The notes under the pieces were generated by a model. The model made no database searches. It saw only the letters and a program-made list of their open reading frames with translations, and was not told where the DNA came from. DNA of 64,000 bases. It comes from Nemertoderma westbladi (Eukaryota; Animalia; Xenacoelomorpha). Positions 51,315 to 64,000 of the stretch are shown piece by piece; position 1 is the first letter of the stretch; each line of letters begins with the position of its first letter. The position numbers and the translations under genes were made by a program. The stretch spans positions 20,303 through 84,302 of the forward strand of contig JAUCBJ010007473.1 of assembly GCA_032718475.1 (NCBI GenBank), written 5' to 3'.

Positions 51315-53048
51315 ATGCTCTTCCGGCTGTGTCTAAGAACTTGGCACGACCCACTTAACCCGTCGCTTACAAGTAAATATTGTGCAGATCGAAACAGATT
51401 ATGTGGGCGGAGGTCAAGAAATACGAAGTACAACAGTTGGCGTGGATACAAAAGAAGCGTACGTTCTGACTCATTACTCGGACTCGGCTTGGGATCCGTT
51501 TTCGTGTGCGGAACAGCAATACTCGCGTTACATTCTCACGGAACTGATAATAATACAATAGAACCGGGTGCGTACATTCCGGGGTTAGAATCATACACGC
51601 GGGCGAAAGTCGCTGCGCACAATGACGTTAATTCGCTATGGGTCACCTACGGACAAGGGGTGTATGACGTCACGGATTACGTATCCCTACATCCGGGTGG
51701 ATCTAAGATCCTCCTCGCGGGAGGTCGTTCATTGGAGCCGTTTTGGTCGCTTTTCGCTTCTCACCATAAAACACAAATCTACGAGATTTTAGAAAAATAT
51801 CGTATAGGCAATCTCAAAGATTTTGAGGCACCTACCAAGGTCCAGGATGCCTATAGTAATGACCCAGTACGACACGCTGCTCTTTTAGTAAACTCTTATA
51901 AACCTTTCAACGCAGAAACCCCATTACAATTACTTATTGATAACTTTATTACTCCGAACCATTTGTTTTTCGTGAGGAATCATTTACCCGTCCCGGAAGT
52001 AAACCCACGTGATTACGTTCTCACTGTATCCGGTCTGGGTTTAAACGAACAGAGAATATTTTCCTTAGAGAATCTCAAAAATGACTTTAATAAATGTGAG
52101 ATAGTCGCTGCTCTTCAATGTACTGGGAACAGGAGAAATGGATTTAATAGTTATAAAGATGTTAAAGGTTTGGAGTGGAGAGAAGGAGCTATTGGGAATG
52201 CGGTGTGGGGGGGTCTGAGGTTGGTTGAGTTATTGAATAGTGTAGGGGTGCAGGGAAGCTTCGGGGCAGACAAACAAACACAGACAGATCAACTGTTACA
52301 CGTTCAGTTCCTAGGACTCGACACAGACTCTGCGAGTGGGACCACTTACGGAGCTTCCCTTCCGGCGGAAGTGGCGTTAGACCGGAACAATGACGTCATC
52401 CTTGCGTACGAGATGAACGGACAGGATTTACCGCGGGACCATGGTTACCCTTTAAGGGTTGTGGCTCCTGGAATAGTTGGGGCGAGGAGTGTGAAGTGGT
52501 TGTCGGAAATTGTATTATCAGACGAGGAAAGTCAGTCTCATTGGCAGCGGAGAGATTATAAGTTTATGGGACCGTCTGTGGACTGGGAGGATTTAGATTG
52601 GGAGAGTTTGTTGTCGATTTACGAGACGCCGGTTGTATCTGCAATATGCGACCCGGTGGCTGGGGAAGGTGTGGACGAGGGGGGCGCCATTACAGTGAGG
52701 GGGTACGCGTGTAGTGGTGGGGGGCGGCCCGTTATACGGGTGGATGTGAGTGGGGATGGGGGGGTTGAGTGGGTGGAGGGGAGGTTGGGATACCAGGGTG
52801 GTCGCGGGTTGAGGAGGCGGTGGGCCTGGTCGTTGTGGGAGGCTGAGCTGGGTGTGCTACCCAGTAGTGGCACCGAGGAGGGAGGGTCCCTCACTAGTAC
52901 CGGACAGGGGGAAATTATCTGTAAAGCTGTAGATAGCAGTGGAAACGTTCAACCCAATTCAGTAAGAGAAATCTGGAACCTAAGGGGTCTGTTAAATAAT
53001 TCTTGGCATCGGGTTAAATGTAACATTGTCGGTGATAAGGAAGACTAA
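51315..53048 (+). CDS. SUOX: Sulfite oxidase, mitochondrial (cytochrome b5 + Moco + dimerization domains), single exon
   Basis: Arg-rich presequence and hydrophobic stretch; GVYDVT..HPGG; FFVRNHLPVP; LQCTGNRR; DHGYPLRVVAPG..GARSVKW; IWNLRG..NNSWHRV. First in-frame ATG at 51315. Confidence 0.95.
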   Translation: MLFRLCLRTWHDPLNPSLTSKYCADRNRLCGRRSRNTKYNSWRGYKRSVRSDSLLGLGLGSVFVCGTAILALHSHGTDNNTIEPGAYIPGLESYTRAKVAAHNDVNSLWVTYGQGVYDVTDYVSLHPGGSKILLAGGRSLEPFWSLFASHHKTQIYEILEKYRIGNLKDFEAPTKVQDAYSNDPVRHAALLVNSYKPFNAETPLQLLIDNFITPNHLFFVRNHLPVPEVNPRDYVLTVSGLGLNEQRIFSLENLKNDFNKCEIVAALQCTGNRRNGFNSYKDVKGLEWREGAIGNAVWGGLRLVELLNSVGVQGSFGADKQTQTDQLLHVQFLGLDTDSASGTTYGASLPAEVALDRNNDVILAYEMNGQDLPRDHGYPLRVVAPGIVGARSVKWLSEIVLSDEESQSHWQRRDYKFMGPSVDWEDLDWESLLSIYETPVVSAICDPVAGEGVDEGGAITVRGYACSGGGRPVIRVDVSGDGGVEWVEGRLGYQGGRGLRRRWAWSLWEAELGVLPSSGTEEGGSLTSTGQGEIICKAVDSSGNVQPNSVREIWNLRGLLNNSWHRVKCNIVGDKED

Positions 53049-53121
53049 TTGTTTATTTATTAAAATGTTAATAATATTTATCATATTTTTCGGTATTATT
53101 ATGGACGTTTTTATCTGGACA

Positions 53122-55011
53122 ACTGCACTGGCCTACTTTACTGCGCTGGCCTACTTTACTGCACTGGCCTACTTTACTGCACTGGCCTACTTTACTGCAC
53201 TGGCCTACTTTACTGCACTGGCCTACTTTACTGCACTGGCCTACTTTACTGCACTGGCCTACTTTACTGCACTGGCCTACTTTACTGCACTGGCCTACTT
53301 TACTGCACTGGCCTACTTTACTGCACTGGCCTACTTTACTGCACTGGCCTACTTTACTGCACTGGCCTACTTTACTGCACTGGCCTACTTTACTGCACTG
53401 GCCTACTTTACTGCACTGGCCTACTTTACTGCACTGGCCTACTTTACTGCACTGGCCTACTTTACTGCACTGGCCTACTTTACTGCACTGGCCTACTTTA
53501 CTGCACTGGCCTACTTTACTGCACTGGCCTACTTTACTGCACTGGCCTACTTTACTGCACCGGCCTACTTTACTGCACCGGCCTACTTTACTGCACTGAC
53601 CTACTTTACTGCACTGACCTACTTTACTGCACTGGCCTACTTTACTGCACTGGCCTACTTTACTGCACTGGCCTACTTTACTGCACTGGCCTACTTTACT
53701 GCACTGGCCTACTTTACTGCACTGGCCTACTTTACTGCACTGGCCTACTTTACTGCACTGGCCTACTTTACTGCACTGGCCTACTTTACTGCACTGGCCT
53801 ACTTTACTGCACTGGCCTACTTTACTGCACTGGCCTACTTTACTGCACTGGCCTACTTTACTGCACTGGCCTACTTTACTGCACTGGCCTACTTTACTGC
53901 ACTGGCCTACTTTACTGCACTGGCCTACTTTACTGCACTGGCCTACTTTACTGCACTGGCCTACTTTACTGCACTGGCCTACTTTACTGCACTGGCCTAC
54001 TTTACTGCACTGGCCTACTTTACTGCACTGGCCTACTTTACTGCACTGGCCTACTTTACTGCACTGGCCTACTTTACTGCACTGGCCTACTTTACTGCAC
54101 TGGCCTACTTTACTGCGCTGGCCTACTTTACTGCGCTGGCCTACTTTACTGCACTGGCCTACTTTACTGCACTGGCCTACTTTACTGCACTGGCCTACTT
54201 TACTGCACTGGCCTACTTTACTGCACTGGCCTACTTTACTGCACTGGCCTACTTTACTGCACTGGCCTACTTTACTGCACTGGCCTACTTTACTGCACTG
54301 GCCTACTTTACTGCACTGGCCTACTTTACTGCACTGGCCTACTTTACTGCACTGGCCTACTTTACTGCACTGGCCTACTTTACTGCGCTGGCCTACTTTA
54401 CTGCACTGGCCTACTTTACTGCACTGGCCTACTTTACTGCACTGGCCTACTTTACTGCACTGGCCTACTTTACTGCACTGGCCTACTTTACTGTACTGGC
54501 CTACTTTACTGCACTGGCCTACTTTACTGCACTGGCCTACTTTACTGCACTGGCCTACTTTACTGCACTGGCCTACTTTACTGCACTGGCCTACTTTACT
54601 GCACTGGCCTACTTTACTGCACTGGCCTACTTTACTGCACTGGCCTACTTTACTGCGCTGGCCTACTTTACTGCACTGGCCTACTTTACTGCACTGGCTT
54701 ACTTTACTGCACTGGCCTACTTTGCTGCACTGGCCTACTTTACTGCGCTGGCCTACTTTACTGCACTGGCCTACTTTACTGCACTGGCCTACTTTACTGC
54801 ACTGGCCTACTTTACTGCACTGGCCTACTTTACTGCACTGGCCTACTTTACTGCACTGGCCTACTTTACTGCACTGGCCTACTTTACTGCACTGGCCTAC
54901 TTTACTGCACTGGCCTACTTTACTGCACTGGCCTACTTTACTGCACTGGCCTACTTTACTGCACTGGCCTACTTTACTGCACTGGCCTACTTTACTGCAC
55001 TGGCCTACTTT
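53122..55011. repeat. 18-bp tandem array, about 105 copies
   Basis: ACTGCACTGGCCTACTTT, nearly invariant. Confidence 0.98.
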
Positions 55012-55083
55012 ATATACTGGTTTTTATTGCTGTTTGTAACACTTGTATATATTTATTCCATTAGATTTAGATTTCTTACTTTA

Positions 55084-55084
<1 letters not shown>

Positions 55085-55115
<31 letters not shown>

Positions 55116-56225
55116 CCCATACCGTCCCTCACCATTTTGGTCCAAAATATGTATAAATTATTTCTATGATCAATTATAATGAACGATTAAATGGTGTTTC
55201 CAAATCTAAAAACCGCTATTTAATAGCTCTTTTAGTTTTCATGTTATAACAATTTCCATTTAGGGAATCCTATTGAAATTACTATTACTATGTATAATGA
55301 AAGGTCGATTATATTTATTTTTATTTATTTTTTATTTATTTATTTTTATTTTATTAAACCGGGCCATGGCCCATATATATATATATATATGACTACCTAC
55401 ATAATAGCACAATTATTGATTACTTTACATCTTATATTTATGTAAACACAAACACAACGTGGTAAATAAATATTAATTCTCAAGCGGACGCGATTGAATT
55501 ACCTAACAGTAACATCCATCGGTCAATTAATATAGAAGAACTTTTACAAGTTGAGTAACATGCTTCAATTATAGAATTAGTAGAATTATGTACTCGGCGA
55601 TATAGCGAGTAAATGTTTGAACGTAAAATAGTATCGGCATCCTCAGTACGGGAATAATTGAATAATAAACGGAAACCGCAATTGTAAGCAACCTTTTATG
55701 AAATTGTCAACTTCTAAACCCAACTACTTCTACAATTTTTGAGTAATTAGTCTGAAACTTCCTGTGGGTGTCTAGATAGCCACCCTGCATAAAAGTATCA
55801 GACAACTTTTTGAAATTTTTTGTTAATAAACTTTAATGCTATTTATAACAAACATAAAGAGCAGCGCCACCTAGCGTTGCAGAATTACTTTAACAAAATT
55901 TCGCCTGATAGTTATGTTGCCCCATCTTTGATATATCATATAAAAAAACTTTCATGTAATTAGGTTCAAAACTGTAAAAGCCTTAGGGTTTTAATGTACT
56001 TTTTTTAGGTTAATTAGTATTAACTTTGTTTCATTGTTAACTAGTATTAACTATATTAAATAGCGAAAAATAAAATTGTTCTCACCTATCATGTAGAATT
56101 ATAGCATCTTAGGCACCTATATTCCAAATTATTTTATCAATTTATTCCAAACAATTTTGAAGCGCTGAGAGTGATAAATCAAAGAGTTGTCCGAAAATGG
56201 TGTAACCCGGGGGGGACCTCCCCCC
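55085..56225. mobile_element. Possible Kolobok-type non-autonomous element
   Basis: TTAA-GGGGG...CACCCC left end; GGGGACCTCCCCCC-TAA right end; imperfect. Confidence 0.4.
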
Positions 56226-56283
56226 TAATAATATAATATCTCATTGAGAGTAATCTGTAATTTTAGATCACGAATAAATTGAG

Positions 56284-58097
56284 TCACTGAACTGCATCCT
56301 TACAAACACACCTTATGCGATTACTAACTGCATCCTTACAAACACACCTTATGCGATTACTAACTGCATCCTTACAAACACACCTTATGCGATTACTAAC
56401 TGCATCCTTACAAACACACCTTATGCGATTACTAACTGCATCCTTACAAACGCACCTTATGCGATTCCTATCACTGAACTGCATCCTTACAAACACACCT
56501 TATGCGATTACTAACTGCATCCTTACAAACACACCTTATGCGATTACTAACTGCATCCTTACAAACACACCTTATGCGATTCCTATCACTGAACTGCATC
56601 CTTACAAACACACCTTATGCGATTACTAACTGCATCCTTACAAACACACCTTATGCGATTACTAACTGCATCCTTACAAACACACCTTATGCGATTACTA
56701 ACTGCATCCTTACAAACGCACCTTATGCGATTCCTATCACTGAACTGCATCCTTACAAACACACCTTATGCGATTACTAACTGCATCCTTACAAACACAC
56801 CTTATGCGATTACTAACTGCATCCTTACAAACACACCTTATGCGATTACTAACTGCATCCTTACAAACACACCTTATGCGATTACTAACTGCATCCTTAC
56901 AAACACACCTTATGCGATTACTAACTGCATCCTTACAAACGCACCTTATGCGATTCCTATCACTGAACTGCATCCTTACAAACACACCTTATGCGATTAC
57001 TAACTGCATCCTTACAAACACACCTTATGCGATTACTAACTGCATCCTTACAAACACACCTTATGCGATTCCTATCACTGAACTGCATCCTTACAAACAC
57101 ACCTTATGCGATTACTAACTGCATCCTTACAAACACACCTTATGCGATTACTAACTGCATCCTTACAAACACACCTTATGCGATTACTAACTGCATCCTT
57201 ACAAACGCACCTTATGCGATTCCTATCACTGAACTGCATCCTTACAAACACACCTTATGCGATTACTAACTGCATCCTTACAAACACACCTTATGCGATT
57301 ACTAACTGCATCCTTACAAACACACCTTATGCGATTCCTATCACTGAACTGCATCCTTACAAACACACCTTATGCGATTACTAACTGCATCCTTACAAAC
57401 ACACCTTATGCGATTACTAACTGCATCCTTACAAACACACCTTATGCGATTACTAACTGCATCCTTACAAACACACCTTATGCGATTACTAACTGCATCC
57501 TTAAAAACACACCTTATGCGATTACTAACTGCATCCTTACAAACACACCTTATGCGATTACTAACTGCATCCTTACAAACACACCTTATGCGATTACTAA
57601 CTGCATCCTTACAAACACACCTTATGCGATTACTAACTGCATCCTTAAAAACACACCTTATGCGATTACTAACTGCATCCTTACAAACACACCTTATGCG
57701 ATTACTATCACTGAACTGCATCCTTACAAACACACCGTATGCGATTACTAACTGCATCCTTACAAACACACCTTATGCGATTACTAACTGCATCCTTACA
57801 AACGCACCTTATGCGATTACTATCACTGAACTGCATCCTTACAAACACACCTTATGCGATTACTAACTGCATCCTTACAAACACACCTTATGCGATTACT
57901 AACTGCATCCTTACAAACACACCTTATGCGATTACTATCACTGAACTGCATCCTTACAAACACACCGTATGCGATTACTAACTGCATCCTTACAAACACA
58001 CCTTATGCGATTACTAACTGCATCCTTACAAACGCACCTTATGCGATTACTATCACTGAACTGCATCCTTACAAACACACCTTATGCGATTACTAAC
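56284..58097. repeat. 36/43-bp satellite with higher-order structure
   Basis: AACTGCATCCTTACAAACACACCTTATGCGATTACT, with a 7-bp longer variant after every 2-9 short units. Confidence 0.97.
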
Positions 58098-58630
58098 ATG
58101 TTACAGAGGCTTGTTGGGGGAACCAAAACAATAAACGAAAGTTAGCACATGTTTAAAAGACTATGCAGGTCTTTATTATTTAGGTCTTTGGTCTTTGTTT
58201 TGTAGTCACCCATTTAAATCACTTTTTTCTTATTTAAATCAGATTTTTTTATTTAAATCAGATTTTATATTTAAACAATCGGATGACTTCTGGCTTAATC
58301 AATGCACTAATGTTTAAAAAAAAGCCGATAAACCGGGATTCCAGTGAAATATCGAATCCCGATTCCGACTTTTTTGAAACGGGATCCCGAAGTTTAAATG
58401 GTTAAATAAATTTGTTGAACATCTAAAAAAAAGTTCCAGCAGAACGGAAATGTTTTGATTATATCTAATTTTTATTTCAGTAAACCATCCAGTAATCAAT
58501 TATAAGATAATTTTAATATAACTTTATCTTACTAATATTTCAGAAGTGTAAAATAAAGTGAGTGTTACTGAAAACCTGCCTCATATACTATAAACTTTGA
58601 TTAATTTAATCCAAAATTGCAACAACCCTG

Positions 58631-58998
58631 CATGGGTGATAGGGAGTTGTGGCGGCGCAATTTTGTCGTCAAGCCGGCACAGCATTTTTAAAAATGCAGC
58701 TGCAATGCAGCATGCCGATCCTAGCTTCCAGATCCGTGTAGTGGTTGCATTGAATTCACATCTCCCGTAGGTCGTGGGTTAGATCCTCACATGGGCCAGG
58801 GCAGTTTTCGTTTCGGCACGAATGCTTTAAAGGGACCAGCCAGGGCGCATCTCTGCCTTGCATCCTTAAGTGGTAGCTTAATGAGTACTGGAGTTTCCTC
58901 TGGGGAGTAAAGTTCTGTGGGGACCGCCTTGGAAATAAGTCGTCAGACTTTGTGCGTAATCTCTGGCCAAGCGGCCGAAGAAAATTTACTTTACTTTA
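58631..58998 (+). mobile_element. RTE 3' end followed by a tRNA-SINE-like unit
   Basis: 58632-58709 matches 17639-17716; then A/B-box-like head, GCCTT.CATCCTT...AATGAGTAC core and (TTTAC)n tail. Confidence 0.55.
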
Positions 58999-59941
58999 GC
59001 TCTAGTTGGCATTCGGGATACCTGATTTTTCATTTATCAGAAAAACTTGTCAAAGATTACAGTAGTGACGATATGAAACTTGGTTTTGAAAATTTCAGAT
59101 CAGTTTATAGGTCTAGTTATTGCAAGGGAATGTTATATTAAATTTGGTGATGGATCATCATTTTACAGTAACGGATTCAAAACAAAACTTGGGAAAAAGA
59201 CTCCTGGGAAAATTCTAAGAGATACAAAATATCAAAATTGCCGTAGCTCCTATATAATAATTCAAGGCTATTCATTTGAATCAGTGCAATGAGATGAGTC
59301 ATATTTTTCAGTTAATGATGCAACTAATGCTTCATATTATTCATCAAAATTATTATTATACAGTATATCTTGTGTTTTATCAGTGTCCACGATATATTAG
59401 TTAGGTGCGGCTCCATTTCTTGGAATGTGTTAATTTATTTTCCCCGGCACTTTAGAATTATCCGGATTGGTTTTGAAACGTTGCTTTAATATGAGAATTT
59501 CACTATGACTCCTTTCATTATCTTTTCATAAGATCAAAATTTCTAAAATGATCGCATAATTAAAATTTTTATATTTAATTTCTCCTACGCGGATAGAATT
59601 CACTCAAGGGAATTATTTATGTGGGTTTAAGTTACTCTGAGCAGCCTATCATTATAGTGAATTTTAATTGTTTTGAATTTTAACAATTGTTAATTATTAA
59701 TCTGACGCATATTATATTTATTGTTTCACTAACTAATTTCACCAATTTACAACCCAAATTAAATTTGCCACAGTTTGAGTTTGTGTTTTATGTATTTTAT
59801 TATATCTCAACAATAGACGAAACGAGGAAATATTCTAATAACGATTGTCTATCTATGTGTAAGTTTTCCATTTCACCATTCTTATTCGTTTCAGTCTGGG
59901 AATAAATTTCGGTTTGCCTATGTTTCATTAGACTAGTTGTC

Positions 59942-60185
59942 AATGTCCAGGTAAGAAACCATTAGGTTTCCATGACAATACAAAATTATCGGGTTAGGAC
60001 TTTGTATAAAGTACTTTCAAAAGAAAGTATAAGTTAGGACTTTAGCGCTCCCGGAGTTTATGCAAACGGTATTATTTTTGTGTTCGATGTGAAATTGGTT
60101 ATTTGCGAAACTGAGGGGTATTCGCAATCAATATTTTCGGTCTTACAATCATTTAGCACTTAGTACAAATTGAATATAAGTGTGA
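59942..60185. repeat. Diverged direct repeat; partner at 61151-61435
   Basis: ATGTCCAGGTAAG...GGGTTAGGACTTTGTATA...AATCATTTAGCACTT shared. Confidence 0.8.
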
Positions 60186-61744
60186 TTGACTAACCAACGA
60201 AAATTAAAATAACACGAGAGAAAGTAAAAAACATTATTGATAATAGGTAAAAAAAATTAAAATATAGCAGACAATAAAAGTCAGAAAACCCAACGTAATG
60301 ATTTATGCAAAGGAACTTTTATATTTTACCTATTTATAACTGATGTTACACGAATAATGATTGAATTGTATTATTTTTTCCTGCAAATATTGTAAATTGA
60401 TAAAAGTGAAACCATAACTATTTTACATGATTGTGTGAAAGGTTTCACATAAGCAGTATTTATGTACCGAGCGAGGGTGGCGAGGGATGTTTCCATAAAT
60501 ATACAAGGGTCATTCATTCATAAACGTTGACAGTGCCCTTTTCACAAAATGGTGCCATTTTGTTAAATTATGTCAATTTAAGGGCGTTCTGAATGCTTAA
60601 TTATTAGCGTTAATATTGTAATGTTTAGGAATATTAATGAAATTCATATCCTTTTTATGCAATTAATTGCAGTTGGTACATCAACTAAACTTACACTTCG
60701 CCTACAATCAATGGTTATCAGTAATGGGAAATACTATCAATATTTGTTATAGAAGTTTATTGTTACTAAGTTAGTGATTATTACTTAGCTGCGTTACGAG
60801 GATATCACCACATCGAGAAGTTGTTAATTTTCATAAAAATAGCGCACGTTTAGGTACGCCTATAATGCACTAATTATTGCAATTTACCTGCTATAAAAGA
60901 AAAGGCAACTTTGTGGAATAAAATTACGCATTACTCTACATAAAAACAAATAGAGTTTTCTCTTTAACCATAAAATTGTTTCACTAATATTTTCACAAAT
61001 TTAGAACCTCAATTTGGGGTATCTCAACAATTAGACCGGATGAATTTTGAAATAACGATTGTCAATATATCTAGGTATTTCCATTCCACGGCAATCACTC
61101 ACTACATAATAATATGTCGCCTGTGCAATAAATTGAAATACATTGTATGGATGTCCAGGTAAGGAACCATTACGTTTCCATGACAATACACAGTTATCGG
61201 GTTAGGACTTTGTATAGAGTACTTTCAAAGACTATCTAAAAGTAATAAGTTAAGACTTTAGCGCCCCCGCAGTTTGTGCAAAACGCTTTTATTATTAGGT
61301 TATACGTGTACAATTGGCTATTCGCGAAACGGAGGGGTATTCGCAATTAACATTCAGCGAGTTAGCGTATTAGGGTATTTGCGGTCTTATAATCATTTAG
61401 CACTTGGTAGTTGGTACAAATGGAATGTAAGTGTAAGAAGTGTGTTTGTAAGTTAGCATTATGGCCATTCCATACTCTTGAGTGTTTAAGTGTGTTTGAA
61501 AAGTACCAGTTCCCATAATGCCGCTAAGGGGGGCCAAGTTTTTCATACACATGACACACTGGACTGCAAAAGTGGTAAAATGCTAACTTGTGGGAAATGG
61601 TCTAAAAAACGTTTTGACAAAGTTTCAGATTGCAAGGACCACGAGTTAGCACTTTGAGTTAGCACTTTGGAAAAGTTAGCACAATAGCGGAAAAAGAGCT
61701 TGCAAAGTTAGCCCTTTGGTATATTTGCCAACACATCCTTACAA

Positions 61745-64000
61745 ATTTATTATTTTTATTAGTCAACACTCCTTTATTACATCATATTATAACTATTTGT
61801 TGCACGTGAAGTAAGATAAAACATAATTAGTGGAGGGAGAAAAACCACCCAGGCGTATCAGCGCTTACGGGGGTTAATAAAAAACAAAATTTAAAATCAC
61901 TAAACATTAAAATTTACATCAGCTTAAAAAAAAAAATTAAAAAGAAATACGAATAAAATGAACTGTACATACCGTAGAACCCAGAAACGTTTATTACGAG
62001 CGACCGATTAGTGGTCGATTAAATTTGCAAATTGGTAGGAAATCGTGGTTCTTGAGCTTGGTCGCAAAACTGACAAGTGTTCTGGAATCTACTATATCTT
62101 CTGGCAAATCATTCCAGACTGGCACAACACGGCTGGTAAATGAGTTTTTAGATATAATTAATCTACATCTAGGTACATTTAACTTGTGAGAGTGGCCACG
62201 CAGACCCGGACGGTTAGTATAGCTAAATAGCGCACCAAAATCTAAATCAACTAAATTTCTCTCTATACTGAAAAGTAACTTTAGATCAAAAATATATCGT
62301 CGGACTTCCAGCGGTTGTAAATTAAGGTGTTGTATTCTATGTATGTACGGTTTGTAACTAATATTGCAACGGCTATACAATCTACGTGTAAAATATCGCT
62401 GGACACTCTCCACAAGATCAATACTGCCTAATGAAAAAGGCGACCATACTGGTGTACAGTATTCTAGAATCGGTCTAACGTATGATTTATAGGCTGTTAA
62501 TATTGCACCTTTATTGCTAGTCTTAAAGCAACGAAATATCATATTAGTTATGTTAAAAGCCTTTGTACACTGTTGTTTACAGTATTTATCAAACTTCAAA
62601 TCCGCAGATATAATAATACCTAAATCTTTACATTTCGTCACCTTCTTTATCACTTTATTGCCTAGCACATAATTGTAATTATTATTATTTGCACCTATAT
62701 GTAGAACCATACATTTATCCGGGGCTATATTTAGCTGCCAAAGGTTGGCCCAGGTCTCTAACCTAGAGAGGCTAGCGTTCAGACTATGACTTTCATTGGA
62801 CGGACCATATAGCTTGACATCATCGGCAAATAAACGGCAGGACACGTTATCCCTGTCCAAAAGCGGTGGTAAGTCGTTTATGTATATCAGGAACAAAACC
62901 GGTCCGAGGACACTGCCCTGTATTGTTCCGGATACGACCCGACAGTAGTCGGAATATTTATCTCCTACAACTATTCTTTGGGTTCTGTTACTGAGAAATG
63001 CCGATAGCCAAGATAATAGGTCGCCCGAAATCCCATAACTAGACAATTTAATCAATAGCTTTGAATGTATAATAGAATCAAAAGCCTTGGCATAGTCTAT
63101 GTATATCACATCAAAGGATTTCTTACGGTCTAGAAAATTGCACCAATCTTTTACACATTCAATAAGTTGAGAACAAGTAGAGCGTTTTTTTAAAAAGCCG
63201 TGTTGTGCCTTACATATTAAACCATGTTTAAACAAATAATTTACTATTTCAATCTTTATACACGATTCCATTAATTTGCACGCTACACATGTTAATGAGA
63301 CTGGCCTGTAATTGTACGGGTCTGACGGATTTCCCTTTTTGTATATCGGAATGACATTGGCTGTAAGCCATATCGTCGGTAACGCGTGATATTCAAAAGA
63401 AATTTTGAAAAGTGCCGATAATGGTGCCGCAATGCAGCGAGACAAATTTGCGAAGAGAATGTTCGGTAATCCGTCAGGTGTACGGCTGGTCTTTTTTTTA
63501 AGTTTCCTAAGCATAGCATATACTGTAACGGGACAGAAATCAACTTTTGATAAATTGGTTCTAGAATCAATCCTACGTTTAAAACTAGGTATATTATCAT
63601 TATCTAAATTAAAATTTTCGCTTAATACTTCAGCGAAAATACGGGCTTTTATCAAATCATCTACCACTATATCCCCCTTATGTTTCAGAGGGGCAATTCC
63701 CGACTTTCCTTTACGCTTGGAATTAACGTAATTGAAAAGGGTACTCTTATTTTCGGAAGATAAAATTTTATTCTCCTTTATGCAAGCCGCACGGAAGATT
63801 TCCTTAGAAACTTCTTTAGCACATTGATCATATGCTATTTTGCCCCCGGTTGTGTGCCGGCGACGCCACAGCTGTTTCTTTTTGCGCTGTAAAACACGAA
63901 TATGTTCGGGGTGGGGTTTGATGATTGATTTAAATTGTTTAAAAGGCACAAACTGATCAATACCCGTTTTTAGTTTACAAGAAAAAGCATTCCAAAAATC
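61745..64000 (-). mobile_element. CR1-clade LINE, RT region open, continues past the window edge
   Basis: YRPVSLT, QHGF, DYAKAFD, QGSVLGP, FADDVK, RPILEYC, LRGHSHKL; ORF 61994-63949. Confidence 0.93.

Noticed and set aside
53026-55179. 717-aa (TALAYF)n ORF
   Set aside because: Product of an 18-bp repeat that is stop-free in four of six frames; almost no synonymous variation
56284-58096. Many repetitive ORFs
   Set aside because: Translations of satellite DNA
61735-61746. CATCCTTACAAA shared between the CR1 3' flank and the 36-bp satellite
   Set aside because: Only 12 bp; compatible with chance

Overview
Eukaryotic (most likely invertebrate animal) DNA, almost entirely transposable elements and tandem arrays. 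The only clearly intact host gene is an intronless mitochondrial sulfite oxidase (51315-53048, +). An uninterrupted ~160-codon piece of RPF2 is fused to an RTE-type LINE. Retroelements: three BEL/Pao remnants (two Gag-protease, none with RT), several APE-RT LINEs, a CRE-like restriction-endonuclease LINE inside a satellite inside an hAT-type element, and a Penelope GIY-YIG fragment with a variant minimal hammerhead. Also TIR elements and five large tandem arrays. The best candidates for something undescribed are an array of repeated RNA modules (k-turn/UUCG and loop-E/GAAA hairpins, 19384-20034) upstream of a Pao Gag, a streamlined Gag-protease Pao element, and a decayed unassigned gene block at 45.2-48.75 kb. 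All family calls come from motif recognition by eye; no searches were run.
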